Origin: an uncultured Planctomycetota bacterium
GTDB taxonomy: Bacteria; Planctomycetota; Planctomycetia; Isosphaerales; Isosphaeraceae
DNA: 64,000 nt
Direction: 5' to 3'
Assembly: GCA_963823665.1 (NCBI GenBank)
Contig: CAWGMQ010000004.1
Span: 2,080,001-2,144,000 of the forward strand
Part shown: piece by piece, positions 53,201 through 62,448 of the stretch
Layout: each line of letters opens with the position of its first letter
How positions within the stretch are numbered: position 1 is the first letter of the stretch
The notes under the pieces: generated by a model
The model's database searches: none
What the model saw: only the letters and a program-made list of their open reading frames with translations
What the model was told of the DNA's origin: nothing
Position numbers and translations under genes: made by a program

Positions 53201-54809
53201 CGCGGGGCCTGGACCGGAAGGTCTCGAGCCTCATCTGCAACAGCTCGCCGAGTGGAACGCACAGAAAGAACGGCTGGAAGCCGAGCTGGCCCAGCAGATC
53301 CCCGAGATGAATCTGGAGCGGAAGCTACGCGCCTCTGACCGTCGCGCCGTCGCGCTGGGCCTACCGGAGGGGGTCGTCCTGGTCGAGTTCGTCCGGTTTT
53401 CTGTCTTCGATTTCCAGGCGGTGCCGGCCCGAGGCGAGCCGCGATGGAAGCCGGACCGGTACGTCGCTTTCGTTCTGCCGGGCGGCGAGCCGCTTGAGGT
53501 GCAAATGATCGAGCTAGGCGAGGCCGAGCCGATCGACCAGATGATCGCTGACTTCCGGGCCGGGATCATCGCCGAGGCCACGGCGGGCAACGGCCGCGAC
53601 ATGGCGAAACGGCGGCGTGATGCCCCTTCGACCGTCGAAAGCGATGTCGACCTGGCCCTGCGAGCGGTGGTATTCGACAAACTGGCTCCGGCACTCGGGA
53701 ATCGAACGCACCTCCTGATCGCTCCAGATGGCGACCTGACCAGGCTCCCCTTCGAGGTCCTGCCCACGGCCAATGGCCGCCGCTTGATCGACGACTACCA
53801 GATCAGTTATCTGAGCTGCGGCCGTGACGTGCTCCGGTTCGGGGCCGGTGCTACTGGCCAGCCTGGCAAGCCGCTGATCGTCGCCGACCCCGATTTCGAC
53901 CTCGAAACGGTCACCGTGCCCGAGCCGGCGCTGCCCAAGGCTGGTTTCTGGTCCCGCTTACTCGGCCGCGGCGAGCAAGCCACGGGGACGCCAATGCCAT
54001 CGGTCCCGGCGGTCGCAACCACCGCTCGCTCCACCGGGCGTCATTCGCGCGACCTGGACCGCGACCGGAGTGCTTATCATTTCCATCGTCTGCCGGGGAC
54101 CCGGGCCGAGGGGGAGCGGGTCGCAGCCCGACTTGGTGTCTCCCCCTGGCTCGACGCCACGGCCCTGGAAGGCCGGCTCAAGACCGCTTGTCGGTCGCCA
54201 CGGATACTCCACCTCGCCACGCATGGCTTCTTCCTGTCCGATCAGGAGTGCGACCTCAACCGCGAAGGCCGGGGCCTCGGGTTCGACTTCGGAGAGCTCT
54301 CCGGCGCGGCGGACGGACTGGTACGGCTCTCGGGCCCGACGATGGAGAACCCCATGCTCCGCTCGGGTCTGGCGCTGGCCGGGGCCAACACTTGGCTCAA
54401 GGCCGGCAACCTGCCCGAGAAGGCCGAGGACGGCTTTCTGACTGCCGAGGACGTCACCGGGCTGGACCTGCTGGCCACGGAGCTGGTCGTGCTCTCGGCC
54501 TGCGAGACGGGGCTGGGTCAGGTCCACGTCGGCGAGGGGGTCTTCGGCCTGCGGCGAGCGTTCGTCCTGGCTGGGGCCAAGACTTTGGTCATGAGCCTGT
54601 GGAAGGTGCCGGACGAGCCGACCCGCGAGCTGATGGAGGACTTCTACGGGCGACTGCTCGCCGGCCGAGGCCGCGCCGAGGCACTGCGCGAGGCGCAGCT
54701 CGCGATGAAGGCGAAATACCCCGACCCATTCTATTGGGGTGCCTTCATCTGCCAGGGAGACCCATCACCCCTCGCCATCGACCTCCACCAACCTATAGGT
54801 GGTTCGTGA
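50262..54809 (+). CDS. TPR-array + CHAT (caspase-like) protease
   Basis: About 19 full and 2 half 42-aa HPDYAxSLxxLA repeats; IAPDGDL...LPFE, LPGT, LHLATHG, VLSACETG, SLWKV, PFYWGAF. Confidence 0.93.
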   Translation: MALNRTTGGLMQELHRLFRRAIKLRQQGRCQEAIVRLTHARDAARRHLGLHHPAYATSLNNLAFLYAEMGEYAVAEPLFYEALGIYRATLGANHPEYAGSLNNLATLYRHMGDYDAAQSLYCHALEIRRAVLGEHHPVYAKILSHLALLYQAMGDYAAAEPLFREALGIYRATLGESHPDYTGSLDNLAGLYCAIGDHAAAAPLIRLGLEIVRAARGDDHPDYARSLDRLAGLYCAIGDHAAAEPLCRQALEIRRDALGESHPDYAASLNSLAALYCAIGDYVVAASLIRLGLEIIRAARGDDHPDYARSLDSLAGLYCAIGDYTAALPLHRHALEIRRAALVESHPDYAASLDSLAGLYCAIGDHAAAAPLYRQALEIRRTALGEDHPDYATSLSNLEGVYRAMGDHDAALHLCRQALKIRGTAVGEDHPSYATSLNSLAGLCREMGDYDDDATSLNSLAGLYCAIGDYAAAAPLYRQALEIRRTALGEDHPDYATSLSNLAGAYRAMGDHPAAATGLDGLAGLYCAIGDYDAALSLYGRALEIRRTALGEDHPDYATSLSNLVGVYRAMGDHAAALHLCHQVVLEIRRTPAGEDHPSDATGLSSLAGLCREMGDYAAAVSLYGRVLEIRRTALGEDHPDYATSLSNLATLYQDTGDYAAALALHRRALEIRRAALVESHPDYAASLNSLAGLYCAIGDRAAAALLYRQALEIRRTALGEDHPDYATSLSNLAWVYRAMGDHAAALHLCRQALEIRRAALVESDPDYAASLDNLAGLYCAIGNYAAAAPLYRRALEIRRTALGEDHPDYATSLSNLATLYQDIGYYAPALAHHRQALEIRRTALGECHPHFAINLRNLADSWAALGRAWLAMPLMEQLASIEDRMIGQVFAIGSDRQRIAYLRTVLGNLHTFLSLVQQHLADSPAAIRAALDLVLRRKAIAAEALATQRDAVLGGKYPGLEPKLRELAALRLQIARKTLAGPGPEGLEPHLQQLAEWNAQKERLEAELAQQIPEMNLERKLRASDRRAVALGLPEGVVLVEFVRFSVFDFQAVPARGEPRWKPDRYVAFVLPGGEPLEVQMIELGEAEPIDQMIADFRAGIIAEATAGNGRDMAKRRRDAPSTVESDVDLALRAVVFDKLAPALGNRTHLLIAPDGDLTRLPFEVLPTANGRRLIDDYQISYLSCGRDVLRFGAGATGQPGKPLIVADPDFDLETVTVPEPALPKAGFWSRLLGRGEQATGTPMPSVPAVATTARSTGRHSRDLDRDRSAYHFHRLPGTRAEGERVAARLGVSPWLDATALEGRLKTACRSPRILHLATHGFFLSDQECDLNREGRGLGFDFGELSGAADGLVRLSGPTMENPMLRSGLALAGANTWLKAGNLPEKAEDGFLTAEDVTGLDLLATELVVLSACETGLGQVHVGEGVFGLRRAFVLAGAKTLVMSLWKVPDEPTRELMEDFYGRLLAGRGRAEALREAQLAMKAKYPDPFYWGAFICQGDPSPLAIDLHQPIGGS
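50410..52860 (+). repeat. 126-bp coding tandem repeats (TPR)
   Basis: Recurrent GCCCTGGAGATCCGCCGC and GACCACCCGGACTACGCCACCAGCCT at about 126-bp period. Confidence 0.92.
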
Positions 54810-54917
54810 GCCAAATCCAATGATTTCAATGCCATCCCTCCGAAGAAGCGAAGTCGATCGGCGTGCGCGCCGCCTCTGAGCAGGTGTTATGAGCCCTGGT
54901 CTCGAATCCACCGGGAG
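54775..54917 (+). repeat. 143-bp direct repeat, copy 2
   Basis: See copy 1; includes the last codons and stop of the TPR-CHAT gene. Confidence 0.9.
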
Positions 54918-54920
54918 CGG

Positions 54921-57900
54921 TCAACACGGTGTGACTGTTTTCTCGACCCGAGCCCACGGATCGGCGAAGCAGCAGTAGGCCAGCCAAGTGGGATCATTCG
55001 GGAATCGCAGGCGTACGCGGTGCCTCGCAGCCAACATGACCTCGCTGATGGGCAATCCCTGAGACATCAACTCGTAGAAGGCTTCGGCGAACACAAAGGC
55101 TGCCTGATCGGTGACCGGCCATAAGGTCCCCACGAACCCGCCACAGCCTAGCTCGACGAGTCGGGCGCCCCACGAGCCCAGGCGTGTGAGGGAGAAGCCG
55201 ATCCGCCCACTATGGCAGGTGTTGAAGAAGATTAGCGGCGAAGCCCCGCGCATCGCTCCGACGATCCGTGTTGAAAGCTCGGCTACACGGAATTCGCCAT
55301 CTTCCATGCGTACGGCGGAGGCGTCTGCGGCGAACGTTCCTCCGAACGCTCCGTGACCGATCAGGTGGAGAAGATCAAATCCCCCGCGTTCGAAGGCATC
55401 GATCAGCTCGAGCCGGCGGGCTGGGAGTACCCGGACCTGGGCGCCGGAAGCCTCCAAAGAGCGAAGGATGGCTAACTCTTCATCAGCAGACTCGAGGCCG
55501 AATTCGGTGCGTCGATCGGCAGACTCAATGTAACACGCCGTCTTGTCGGCGAGCAGGACCATGTCACGGGTCAGTTCCGGTCCTCTCTGCGGCGCAGCTA
55601 CCCCTCCCTGAGCCATGGCAAAAATGCGGTTGAATGAGAACCGCTGGACTGGCGGTCTTCCGCGCAGCCACCGTGTCAGTGCAAAAGCCTCCCCCCAGAA
55701 CACGTCCTCGGCAATCAGCTCCCCCGCGATCGGATCGGTCCGGTAGGGCTTGATCAATTCCCAGGGGATGTGCGGTTCATCGGACAGGATCAAGACTTTC
55801 CTGATTCCTCGTTGGCGGAAGGTCCAGCACATGTCTTGCAACGTCTTGGGAAGGACCTGGTCGAAGAGATTGCAGCCCACCCTGGCAAGCGTTGCTGAGA
55901 CGTCCTCGATCGATATGCCGGGTTGGCTCGCGAGCGATCCTAACGCGTGGAGTTGATTTTCGACCCAGTCCGCGACATCGGTGTTGAGGTCTTGCGTCCC
56001 CAGATCGCCGTCCAGGACCGGGAGGTCCTTCAACCTCGGATCTGTCGATGAAATGACGAAGTGCAGCCGACCGGCTAGCCCGGAATGACGGTGTTGAAAG
56101 ACCTTGATGACCAGGTCGGGAGCGTCAAGGCCGGGCCCCGATCCGAGGTTCAGCTCCGCTCCCGTCGCAGCGCGATCCGGCGAGTCTTCTAGATCGACAG
56201 CGACCACGTCGGGAGCTAGGTCCACGGAACCAACCGGCCGGCCTGATTGGGCGAAGTCAATCATCACGCGGCCCGGACCGACTTTCCTTCCCCGGAGACG
56301 AAAGACGGCCGCGGGTGACTTTTCTAGCAGCGGTACGATGATCTCAGCCCTGGCCGGACCTTCGATCTCAAAATTCTCGGCGGCTACATCGATGGTCACA
56401 CGGATGTCCGGCGGCGGTTTCCCAGGCTCGGTGGGCTGCGAGACGAGGAGCGACATCGTCACGTCATGGTCGTGCGGCTTCGCAAGCTTCTTGACTTCGC
56501 CGGTGGGAAGTGTTTTCTCGGCCAGAATGATCTGCACGCGCAGGTTGTAGGATTTAGCAACGTGAACCCTGGCTGGGAATGAAATATCGGTGTGTCGCCG
56601 GATTGATTCGGACGATGCGACGTTAGGTGCCGGGTTGGCTTTCTCTTCGGACGTTTCGGGATTCAAAAACTGCAAGCAGCAGCGGGCACGGGCAATGGCC
56701 TGCTTCATATAAAGGTGAGAGTTCTGGATTGCGATGGCGGCATCGCAGGCTAACTTGGCCAGCAAATCCAGGTCTTCACGGCTGAATTGCTTCCGGTCGG
56801 TGGTGTCGACTTGGATGATCCCGAGCGCTTGCTGATCGGGGATGAGTAGAGGGGCGCACATTACCGAGCGAATCTTGAGATCGGTGATGGAAGCGCTGGT
56901 CGGAAAGTTCATGTCGGCATCGACTTCAGTGCTCAAGATCGCCTTCTTCTGTCCCAGCACTTCATTAACCAGCGACTTGCTGAGCTTCCACTGGGTCTCG
57001 CCATCCGGAGTCGCCGTGGCGACTCTCATGTTCTTTTCGGTCCGGTATTTGAAGGCCGTGCGCAGCAATCGATTGGACATCGGGTCATCCAGGCATAGGA
57101 AGAGCTGCTCGGCCTGGGGGAAAAGCTCCATTAAAGAGTCGAGGATCTTGGACGCGAGCATGTCAATTGTGAGGTCGCTTGAAGGATCGGGGATGCACCG
57201 GGGCTCTCCGGGATCTCTCCGACGTTCGGGATATACGAAGGTCGCGATCTCTTCGGTGCTCAGAAATGCTGTGCCCTTTCGAGCCGACACCGCATACTTG
57301 ATGATGGCGATGAGCGCTTGGAAACATGGACCGGGGTACTCATGGTTGTAGGCGGGGGGGGCATGAAGAGGTAATCGCCCTGCGTGGAAGTCCGACAGAT
57401 GGCCAGCCAGGCGGCATAGCTCTGTGTAGATGGCCACAGGGGGCTGACGGCCTGGATAGGTGATCGCCTCCAGGCATGAAGACACGCCGTTAAGTGCTGA
57501 CAGTTTACGCAGCCGTTCGGCCTGATGTTGCGGCTCGTCCAATCGCGGACCAAGTAATTCTTTGGTCTTTTCCCACTCGAGTAACATGTTGACTTTCTCG
57601 AGGTACGCACCCTCGAGCGCGAGATCGCCATCGGCGAGCTGCCGGGACAATCTGATGATGTCGTCGAGTAACGCACCCTCGAGTGCGAGATCGCCATCGG
57701 CGAGCAGCCGGTACAATCTGTCGACCGCATCGCGAATGGCGTCAACGAGCGAGCGTAACTCCTGCAACAAAGGTGGCCAGGCGCCGATCACCAGTAAAGG
57801 CGGCATCATCTGCACGTTGATTTCCGGTGGCCCCTCCGGCGACAATTGCCAGATGTAACACAATGGCGAGATCTCGAAGCCCGTAGGTTCGCTGTGCGAG

Positions 57901-58271
57901 ATGAGCAACCGAGCTTTCGGACGCTGTGCTTTGACCGAATCGGCCTCGCTCGCGCTGCTGCTCTTTTCTCGTTCACCTTCGAGATCCTCTTTCCGGCCAG
58001 CAGACCCGATGTCGGCGCCCATTCGCTTAAAATTGGTCTGGCTCGGGAGTAACCCAGAGGTTGTCAGGTAGACGATGACCCAGTTGCGACCGGCTAGTAA
58101 ACTCCGCACGTCAACTGGGTCGACAATCGAATCATTCTGGATCGACACCTCGGTACCGTCTTTGAAACGGATCTGGCACGAGCGTACTGACACCCAGCCA
58201 TTGGCGAGCGCAGTCGTATCCAGTTCAAGGGAGCGCAAACCCCAATTGAAAGAAGACGAATGGTCGTCCAT
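54921..58271 (-). CDS. TssK-like + GAF + beta-rich linker + CHAT protease fusion
   Basis: WGLRSLELDTTALANG...FKDGT, PPLL, YTELCRLAGHL...PAYNHEYPGPCF (TssK-like); IRSVMCAPL...LGIIQVD...FSREDLDLL (GAF); IPWE, LHLIGHG, FFNTCHSG, GTLWPV (CHAT). Confidence 0.8.
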   Translation of the reverse strand: MDDHSSSFNWGLRSLELDTTALANGWVSVRSCQIRFKDGTEVSIQNDSIVDPVDVRSLLAGRNWVIVYLTTSGLLPSQTNFKRMGADIGSAGRKEDLEGEREKSSSASEADSVKAQRPKARLLISHSEPTGFEISPLCYIWQLSPEGPPEINVQMMPPLLVIGAWPPLLQELRSLVDAIRDAVDRLYRLLADGDLALEGALLDDIIRLSRQLADGDLALEGAYLEKVNMLLEWEKTKELLGPRLDEPQHQAERLRKLSALNGVSSCLEAITYPGRQPPVAIYTELCRLAGHLSDFHAGRLPLHAPPAYNHEYPGPCFQALIAIIKYAVSARKGTAFLSTEEIATFVYPERRRDPGEPRCIPDPSSDLTIDMLASKILDSLMELFPQAEQLFLCLDDPMSNRLLRTAFKYRTEKNMRVATATPDGETQWKLSKSLVNEVLGQKKAILSTEVDADMNFPTSASITDLKIRSVMCAPLLIPDQQALGIIQVDTTDRKQFSREDLDLLAKLACDAAIAIQNSHLYMKQAIARARCCLQFLNPETSEEKANPAPNVASSESIRRHTDISFPARVHVAKSYNLRVQIILAEKTLPTGEVKKLAKPHDHDVTMSLLVSQPTEPGKPPPDIRVTIDVAAENFEIEGPARAEIIVPLLEKSPAAVFRLRGRKVGPGRVMIDFAQSGRPVGSVDLAPDVVAVDLEDSPDRAATGAELNLGSGPGLDAPDLVIKVFQHRHSGLAGRLHFVISSTDPRLKDLPVLDGDLGTQDLNTDVADWVENQLHALGSLASQPGISIEDVSATLARVGCNLFDQVLPKTLQDMCWTFRQRGIRKVLILSDEPHIPWELIKPYRTDPIAGELIAEDVFWGEAFALTRWLRGRPPVQRFSFNRIFAMAQGGVAAPQRGPELTRDMVLLADKTACYIESADRRTEFGLESADEELAILRSLEASGAQVRVLPARRLELIDAFERGGFDLLHLIGHGAFGGTFAADASAVRMEDGEFRVAELSTRIVGAMRGASPLIFFNTCHSGRIGFSLTRLGSWGARLVELGCGGFVGTLWPVTDQAAFVFAEAFYELMSQGLPISEVMLAARHRVRLRFPNDPTWLAYCCFADPWARVEKTVTPC

Positions 58272-58404
58272 TGGCGTGGAGTCTGCACTCCCCTCGTCAG
58301 GGCAATGCTTCTACGTCGCCCTGGAGCAAGGCGTTGGGACCGAGGCGTTCTGTTCGATTATCCTCGCCTCGGAGCCGGCGGACTAGTGGAGTGCCCCCAT
58401 CTGG

Positions 58405-59268
58405 TCATTGCGGCCGAACCGCACCGGCGCTACGATGAACCTTGGCCGGCGCGGAGGCACACGCACCGCAGGGGTTCGCGACGCCAGGCGGTTGGCGAAT
58501 TCTCGTCTCGAACTGGGATTCTGATCGGGCCCCGATGCCGGCCGTTCATTTCGCGCTGCGCCGGAGGTTTGTTTGGAGAAGATCAAGGTCCTGCTCTTTG
58601 CCGCGAACCCGCGTGGCACAGGCCCGCTTGATCTGGCGCGCGAGTTCCGGGAGATCGACGAGGAAGTCCGCCTGGCGACGTTCCGCGGCGCGGTTGAGCT
58701 GATCCTCGTTCCCGGTACCCGGCCGGTTGATCTGCTGCGCAAACTCAACGAGAACCAGCCGCAGGTTGTGCATTTCAGCAGTCACGGCAGTCCGGATGAG
58801 ATCATCCTTGAATCCGGGGAGCCAGAGGTCGAGTCTTCAGATTTGGACGCTGCTGTTCTCCGTTCGGCTGATGAACGGGACATGAAGAAGGTGGGCTCGG
58901 AAGAGGTCGTCGGCTTCGGCCAGGGCGAGCCTCAAGTGGTCAGCAAGTCGGCGCTCGTGAATGTGCTGCGGTCCTGCAACGAGGGAAATCTCCGGCTGGT
59001 GGTGCTGAACGCCTGCAGCACCCGGCCGCAGGCCGAGGCGCTGACCGAAGTCGTCGACTGCGTGGTGAGCATGAACCAGACCATCACGGACCGGGCAGCG
59101 ATCAAGTTCGCGGCCTCGTTTTATGGGGCGCTGGCGTTTGGTCGCTCGGTGCAAAAGGCGTTCGAGCAGGGAGTGGCGCGGTTGAGCGCGGAAGGGATCG
59201 CTGAGTCGGATACGCCTGAGCTGCTGGTGCGGGCGGGTGTCGACGCCGCGCAGGTTGTGCTGGTGGGC
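58405..59268 (+). repeat. Segmental duplication copy 1 (leader + CHAT domain)
   Basis: Highly similar to 62449-63313 at the DNA level. Confidence 0.9.
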
Positions 59269-61374
59269 TCGGCGGCGGGCGATGGTGGCGAGATTGCCGC
59301 CGGATACTTCGCCGTGCAGCGCGAGGCTATCGAGGAACACGTCCGACGATTCGTCGGCCGCGTTGCCGTCTCGGAGGCTCTCGATCGATTCTTGGCACGA
59401 GAGTCGAGGGGTTATTTCGTTATCCGCGGTGCGCCGGGCCAGGGCAAATCGGCGGTTGCATGTCACTTGATCAAGTCCCGGGGCTGGCCGCATCATTTGA
59501 TCAACCGGACGGGTGGCCGATCAGATGTACGCTTGATTCTCCGGTCACTTATCGCGCAGCTCGCGCCCAGGCTGGAGCCGGACCGGACCCTACCCGATTC
59601 AATTCCGGAGCTGGCCAAGTCGTTCGAGGATCTGCTAGCCCGAGCCACCGCGAAAATTGGTCGACTCGTCCTCGTCGTCGACGCACTTGATGAGCTCTCC
59701 GAGGGAGCAGGCCCGGATCCGCCGTTCCTGGTTACCGAGGGGCTGCCGGCGAACGTGTACGTGATCGTGACGGCGCGCCCCGGGGATCGTCTCGATCAAC
59801 TTCTCGAAGCGCTCCACTCCACACCGCATGAGCTCTACGACCTCGGTCCGCTTGAACCTCACGAGGTCGGCGCAATTCTCCGCGCTGGGCGCCCGGACTT
59901 CGGCGATGCGAGGATTGCTCTGGCCGGGAAAGCGTCCAAGGGCAACCCGCTCTTTCTGCGAGCTGTCGCCGACGCGCTCGAGCGCGACCCGAATTATGAC
60001 CTACGCGACCTGCCCTCGTCAGTCGAAGGATTCTTCCGGCGGGCGGTCGGCGGGCTGAGCGGCCGGCGCGATCCCCTGCTGACCGACGTGCTGGGATTGC
60101 TGGCCGCGGCGCTCAAACCGCTCGCGCTGCGCGAGCTGGCCCAGATTACCGGGACGACACAACGGGAGATGCACGACAGGGGTATCCGCCCCATCCGCCA
60201 ATTCCTGCTCGAAGTCGACGAAGGTTACAGCTTTTACCATGCCCGATTCCACGAATTCGCCGTGCACGAATTGCTCTACGAGGACGAGTTGCCCCGTTTT
60301 CACGCGAAACTGGCGTCGTGGCTGCGCCGTCCCGAGTGCTTATCGTCGAATTATCGGTATCTTGCGCTGGCGCATCACCTCGGCCGAGCCGGCGACCGCG
60401 ATGGGTTGTGGGCGACGGTCGAGCCCGGCTTCCTCCGCGAGAAGATCCGGCGATTTGACTATGGCGTGCTGGAGGACGTGGCGCTCCTGGCCCGTGACGC
60501 GATCGACACCGGCGACCCGAGCCTTGTGGGACGTTGCATTGAACTGGTCGAGGGTCTGCGTGAGGTCGCCGGTGGTGACCTCATCGACGAGGCCCGCCGC
60601 GCCATTCAGGGCCGTCGTCTGGTCGTAACTGCAAAGCGAAATCGGATCGAAGCCCCCGATCCACCGCGCATCCCAGGGATGGACCTCTACATCGGCATGC
60701 TCCCCAAGTCGACCGTGGGGGCTGACGTCGTGGAGGCCCTGCGGACCCGGGACGGCCTCATTCTAGCCTTGGGTGACGCGCCCGGAGTAGGACTTAAGGG
60801 GGCGTTCGTCGCGCGATTCGTCGGCGGCCTCGTGCGTCGTCTGGCAGAGCAGCCAGGGGCGTTGCATTTGAATGAGCTCTTGGAGGAAGTCGACCGGATC
60901 CTCTCGCCACATCCTTTTTTCGACCTCATCTCGCTCCAATGCGTGGCCGTGAACTCCGCGACGGGCACGCTTACCATCGCCGGGGCTGGTCATCCGCACC
61001 CTGTCCTGTACTCGCCCCGCCGTGGGCGGTGCGACCGCTTACCTGTCGGGGACGACTTGCTACTGGCGCGGCAGCGAGTCGGTGACTCGTCCGCCCGTCG
61101 GCGCCAGCGCCACTTCGAGATTCAACCGCGCGACGTCCTGATCATGGTCTCCGACGGGCTGACGGAGGGTCACGGCATGACCGCCCTACCATACGGCTAT
61201 CGCTTCGAGAGGATGATCCCGGCTCTTTCTCACCTGGGTACCCGGGCGATCGGCGAGGCCATACTCGAGGACTGGCTGGCCCACTCGGAGGGTGCCGACT
61301 ATGTGGACGACGTGACGGTCGTCGTTCTGGCGATGAATGAGAATGGCCCAAAAGAGTCCCCTCCAGAGGAATGA
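58573..61374 (+). CDS. CHAT protease + STAND/NACHT-like NTPase + PP2C/SpoIIE phosphatase domain
   Basis: VHFSSHG and VLNACST; GAPGQGKS and LVVDALDE; VGAD, LGDAPG, AGHPHP, SDGLTE, DDVTV. Confidence 0.88.
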   Translation: MEKIKVLLFAANPRGTGPLDLAREFREIDEEVRLATFRGAVELILVPGTRPVDLLRKLNENQPQVVHFSSHGSPDEIILESGEPEVESSDLDAAVLRSADERDMKKVGSEEVVGFGQGEPQVVSKSALVNVLRSCNEGNLRLVVLNACSTRPQAEALTEVVDCVVSMNQTITDRAAIKFAASFYGALAFGRSVQKAFEQGVARLSAEGIAESDTPELLVRAGVDAAQVVLVGSAAGDGGEIAAGYFAVQREAIEEHVRRFVGRVAVSEALDRFLARESRGYFVIRGAPGQGKSAVACHLIKSRGWPHHLINRTGGRSDVRLILRSLIAQLAPRLEPDRTLPDSIPELAKSFEDLLARATAKIGRLVLVVDALDELSEGAGPDPPFLVTEGLPANVYVIVTARPGDRLDQLLEALHSTPHELYDLGPLEPHEVGAILRAGRPDFGDARIALAGKASKGNPLFLRAVADALERDPNYDLRDLPSSVEGFFRRAVGGLSGRRDPLLTDVLGLLAAALKPLALRELAQITGTTQREMHDRGIRPIRQFLLEVDEGYSFYHARFHEFAVHELLYEDELPRFHAKLASWLRRPECLSSNYRYLALAHHLGRAGDRDGLWATVEPGFLREKIRRFDYGVLEDVALLARDAIDTGDPSLVGRCIELVEGLREVAGGDLIDEARRAIQGRRLVVTAKRNRIEAPDPPRIPGMDLYIGMLPKSTVGADVVEALRTRDGLILALGDAPGVGLKGAFVARFVGGLVRRLAEQPGALHLNELLEEVDRILSPHPFFDLISLQCVAVNSATGTLTIAGAGHPHPVLYSPRRGRCDRLPVGDDLLLARQRVGDSSARRRQRHFEIQPRDVLIMVSDGLTEGHGMTALPYGYRFERMIPALSHLGTRAIGEAILEDWLAHSEGADYVDDVTVVVLAMNENGPKESPPEE

Positions 61375-61377
61375 TCG

Positions 61378-62319
61378 ATGGCAACGAGAAAGCCCACTCT
61401 CTTCTCGACAGAGTCCGTTGGCAACGTAGCCGTTTTTCGGATCGAGACGACGACGTTGTTCGACGAGCGTGACGTAAAACGTTTGTTTGACGAACTCGCT
61501 GAGGCCATCGGCCCGCGTTCACAAATCATCGTTGATCTGGCGCAAGTTCTTCATATGAGCAGCACGGCCCTATCAAAGCTGGTACTGATGCATAGGCAAT
61601 CAAGAATCAGAGGGGGCCAGGTCGTCCTGTGTAACTTGGCACCGAAAGTGAGCGAAGCGTTCCGGACCAGCAAGCTCGACAAGTTGTTTGAGATCGCGTC
61701 GAGCCTGGAGGAGGCCCTGGCCGCCCTGCACTGGTCCTTGGAGGTCAGGTGCCCAATCGCGGGTTGTGAGGGGACCAGTCTGTCCCACGAACCATCCATA
61801 GCCGAGCAGGGAGGAGTGCAGTGCTGCCGGTCATGTGGCTGCCGGTTCTGGTTGGCTCCGTTCCAGCTCTCCCCGCGCGGCGAGGCCCGGGTCGCGGTGT
61901 CGCGCTTCGCGATCCCTACCTATGAGCAGGAGCAGATTCGCGCGGCGCTCGGTGTCATCGTGGTTTTTGATATCGTCGGCCGGCTGGACCTATTCGCCTC
62001 CGAGGCGTTGGTCGACGCCTGGCGGTCCGTGCCACAGTCGTGTCGTGCTTTGCTCGATCTCCGCGCGGCGACGGAGTTGAGCGAACCGGGCCTTCGTTTG
62101 CTCAAGGGGCATGTCGGCATCAATAATACCTCGCCCAATCGGATCGTCGTCTTGGTCGACCAAGATCGGTTTACTCGAACGCACGCGATTATTTCGAATG
62201 CTTGCATCACGACCAACCACGACGAAGCAATGTCCGCACTGCACGGTTCTCTTGCATCGGACGAATCGCCGACTCCTCTCATGGTGCTGGCGCGAAAGGT
62301 CGACACAACGATGGAATAA
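61378..62319 (+). CDS. STAS + Cys-rich (Zn-ribbon-like) + degenerate STAS protein
   Basis: VDLAQVLHMSSTALSKL...LCNL...LDKLFEI; CPIAGC...CCRSCGC; GRLD...LDLRAATELSEPGL. Confidence 0.8.
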   Translation: MATRKPTLFSTESVGNVAVFRIETTTLFDERDVKRLFDELAEAIGPRSQIIVDLAQVLHMSSTALSKLVLMHRQSRIRGGQVVLCNLAPKVSEAFRTSKLDKLFEIASSLEEALAALHWSLEVRCPIAGCEGTSLSHEPSIAEQGGVQCCRSCGCRFWLAPFQLSPRGEARVAVSRFAIPTYEQEQIRAALGVIVVFDIVGRLDLFASEALVDAWRSVPQSCRALLDLRAATELSEPGLRLLKGHVGINNTSPNRIVVLVDQDRFTRTHAIISNACITTNHDEAMSALHGSLASDESPTPLMVLARKVDTTME

Positions 62320-62448
62320 CCCCAGTTGCCTCACGCGGAGCCACCAGCCGGGCGGCGCGAGTTCTTGTGATCGACACCTTGACGCTGGAAGCCACTCGTG
62401 GCCGTAGATCCGTGCTAATCGGGCCCGGGGAACACTGGTCCGGACAGA

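Noticed and set aside
48056..54917. 143-bp repeats as integron attC sites or IS ends
   Set aside because: No clear inverted R/L boxes or terminal inverted repeats, and no integrase or transposase.
57290..58271. A type VI secretion gene cluster
   Set aside because: Only a diverged, partial TssK-like domain within a fusion protein; no other tss genes.
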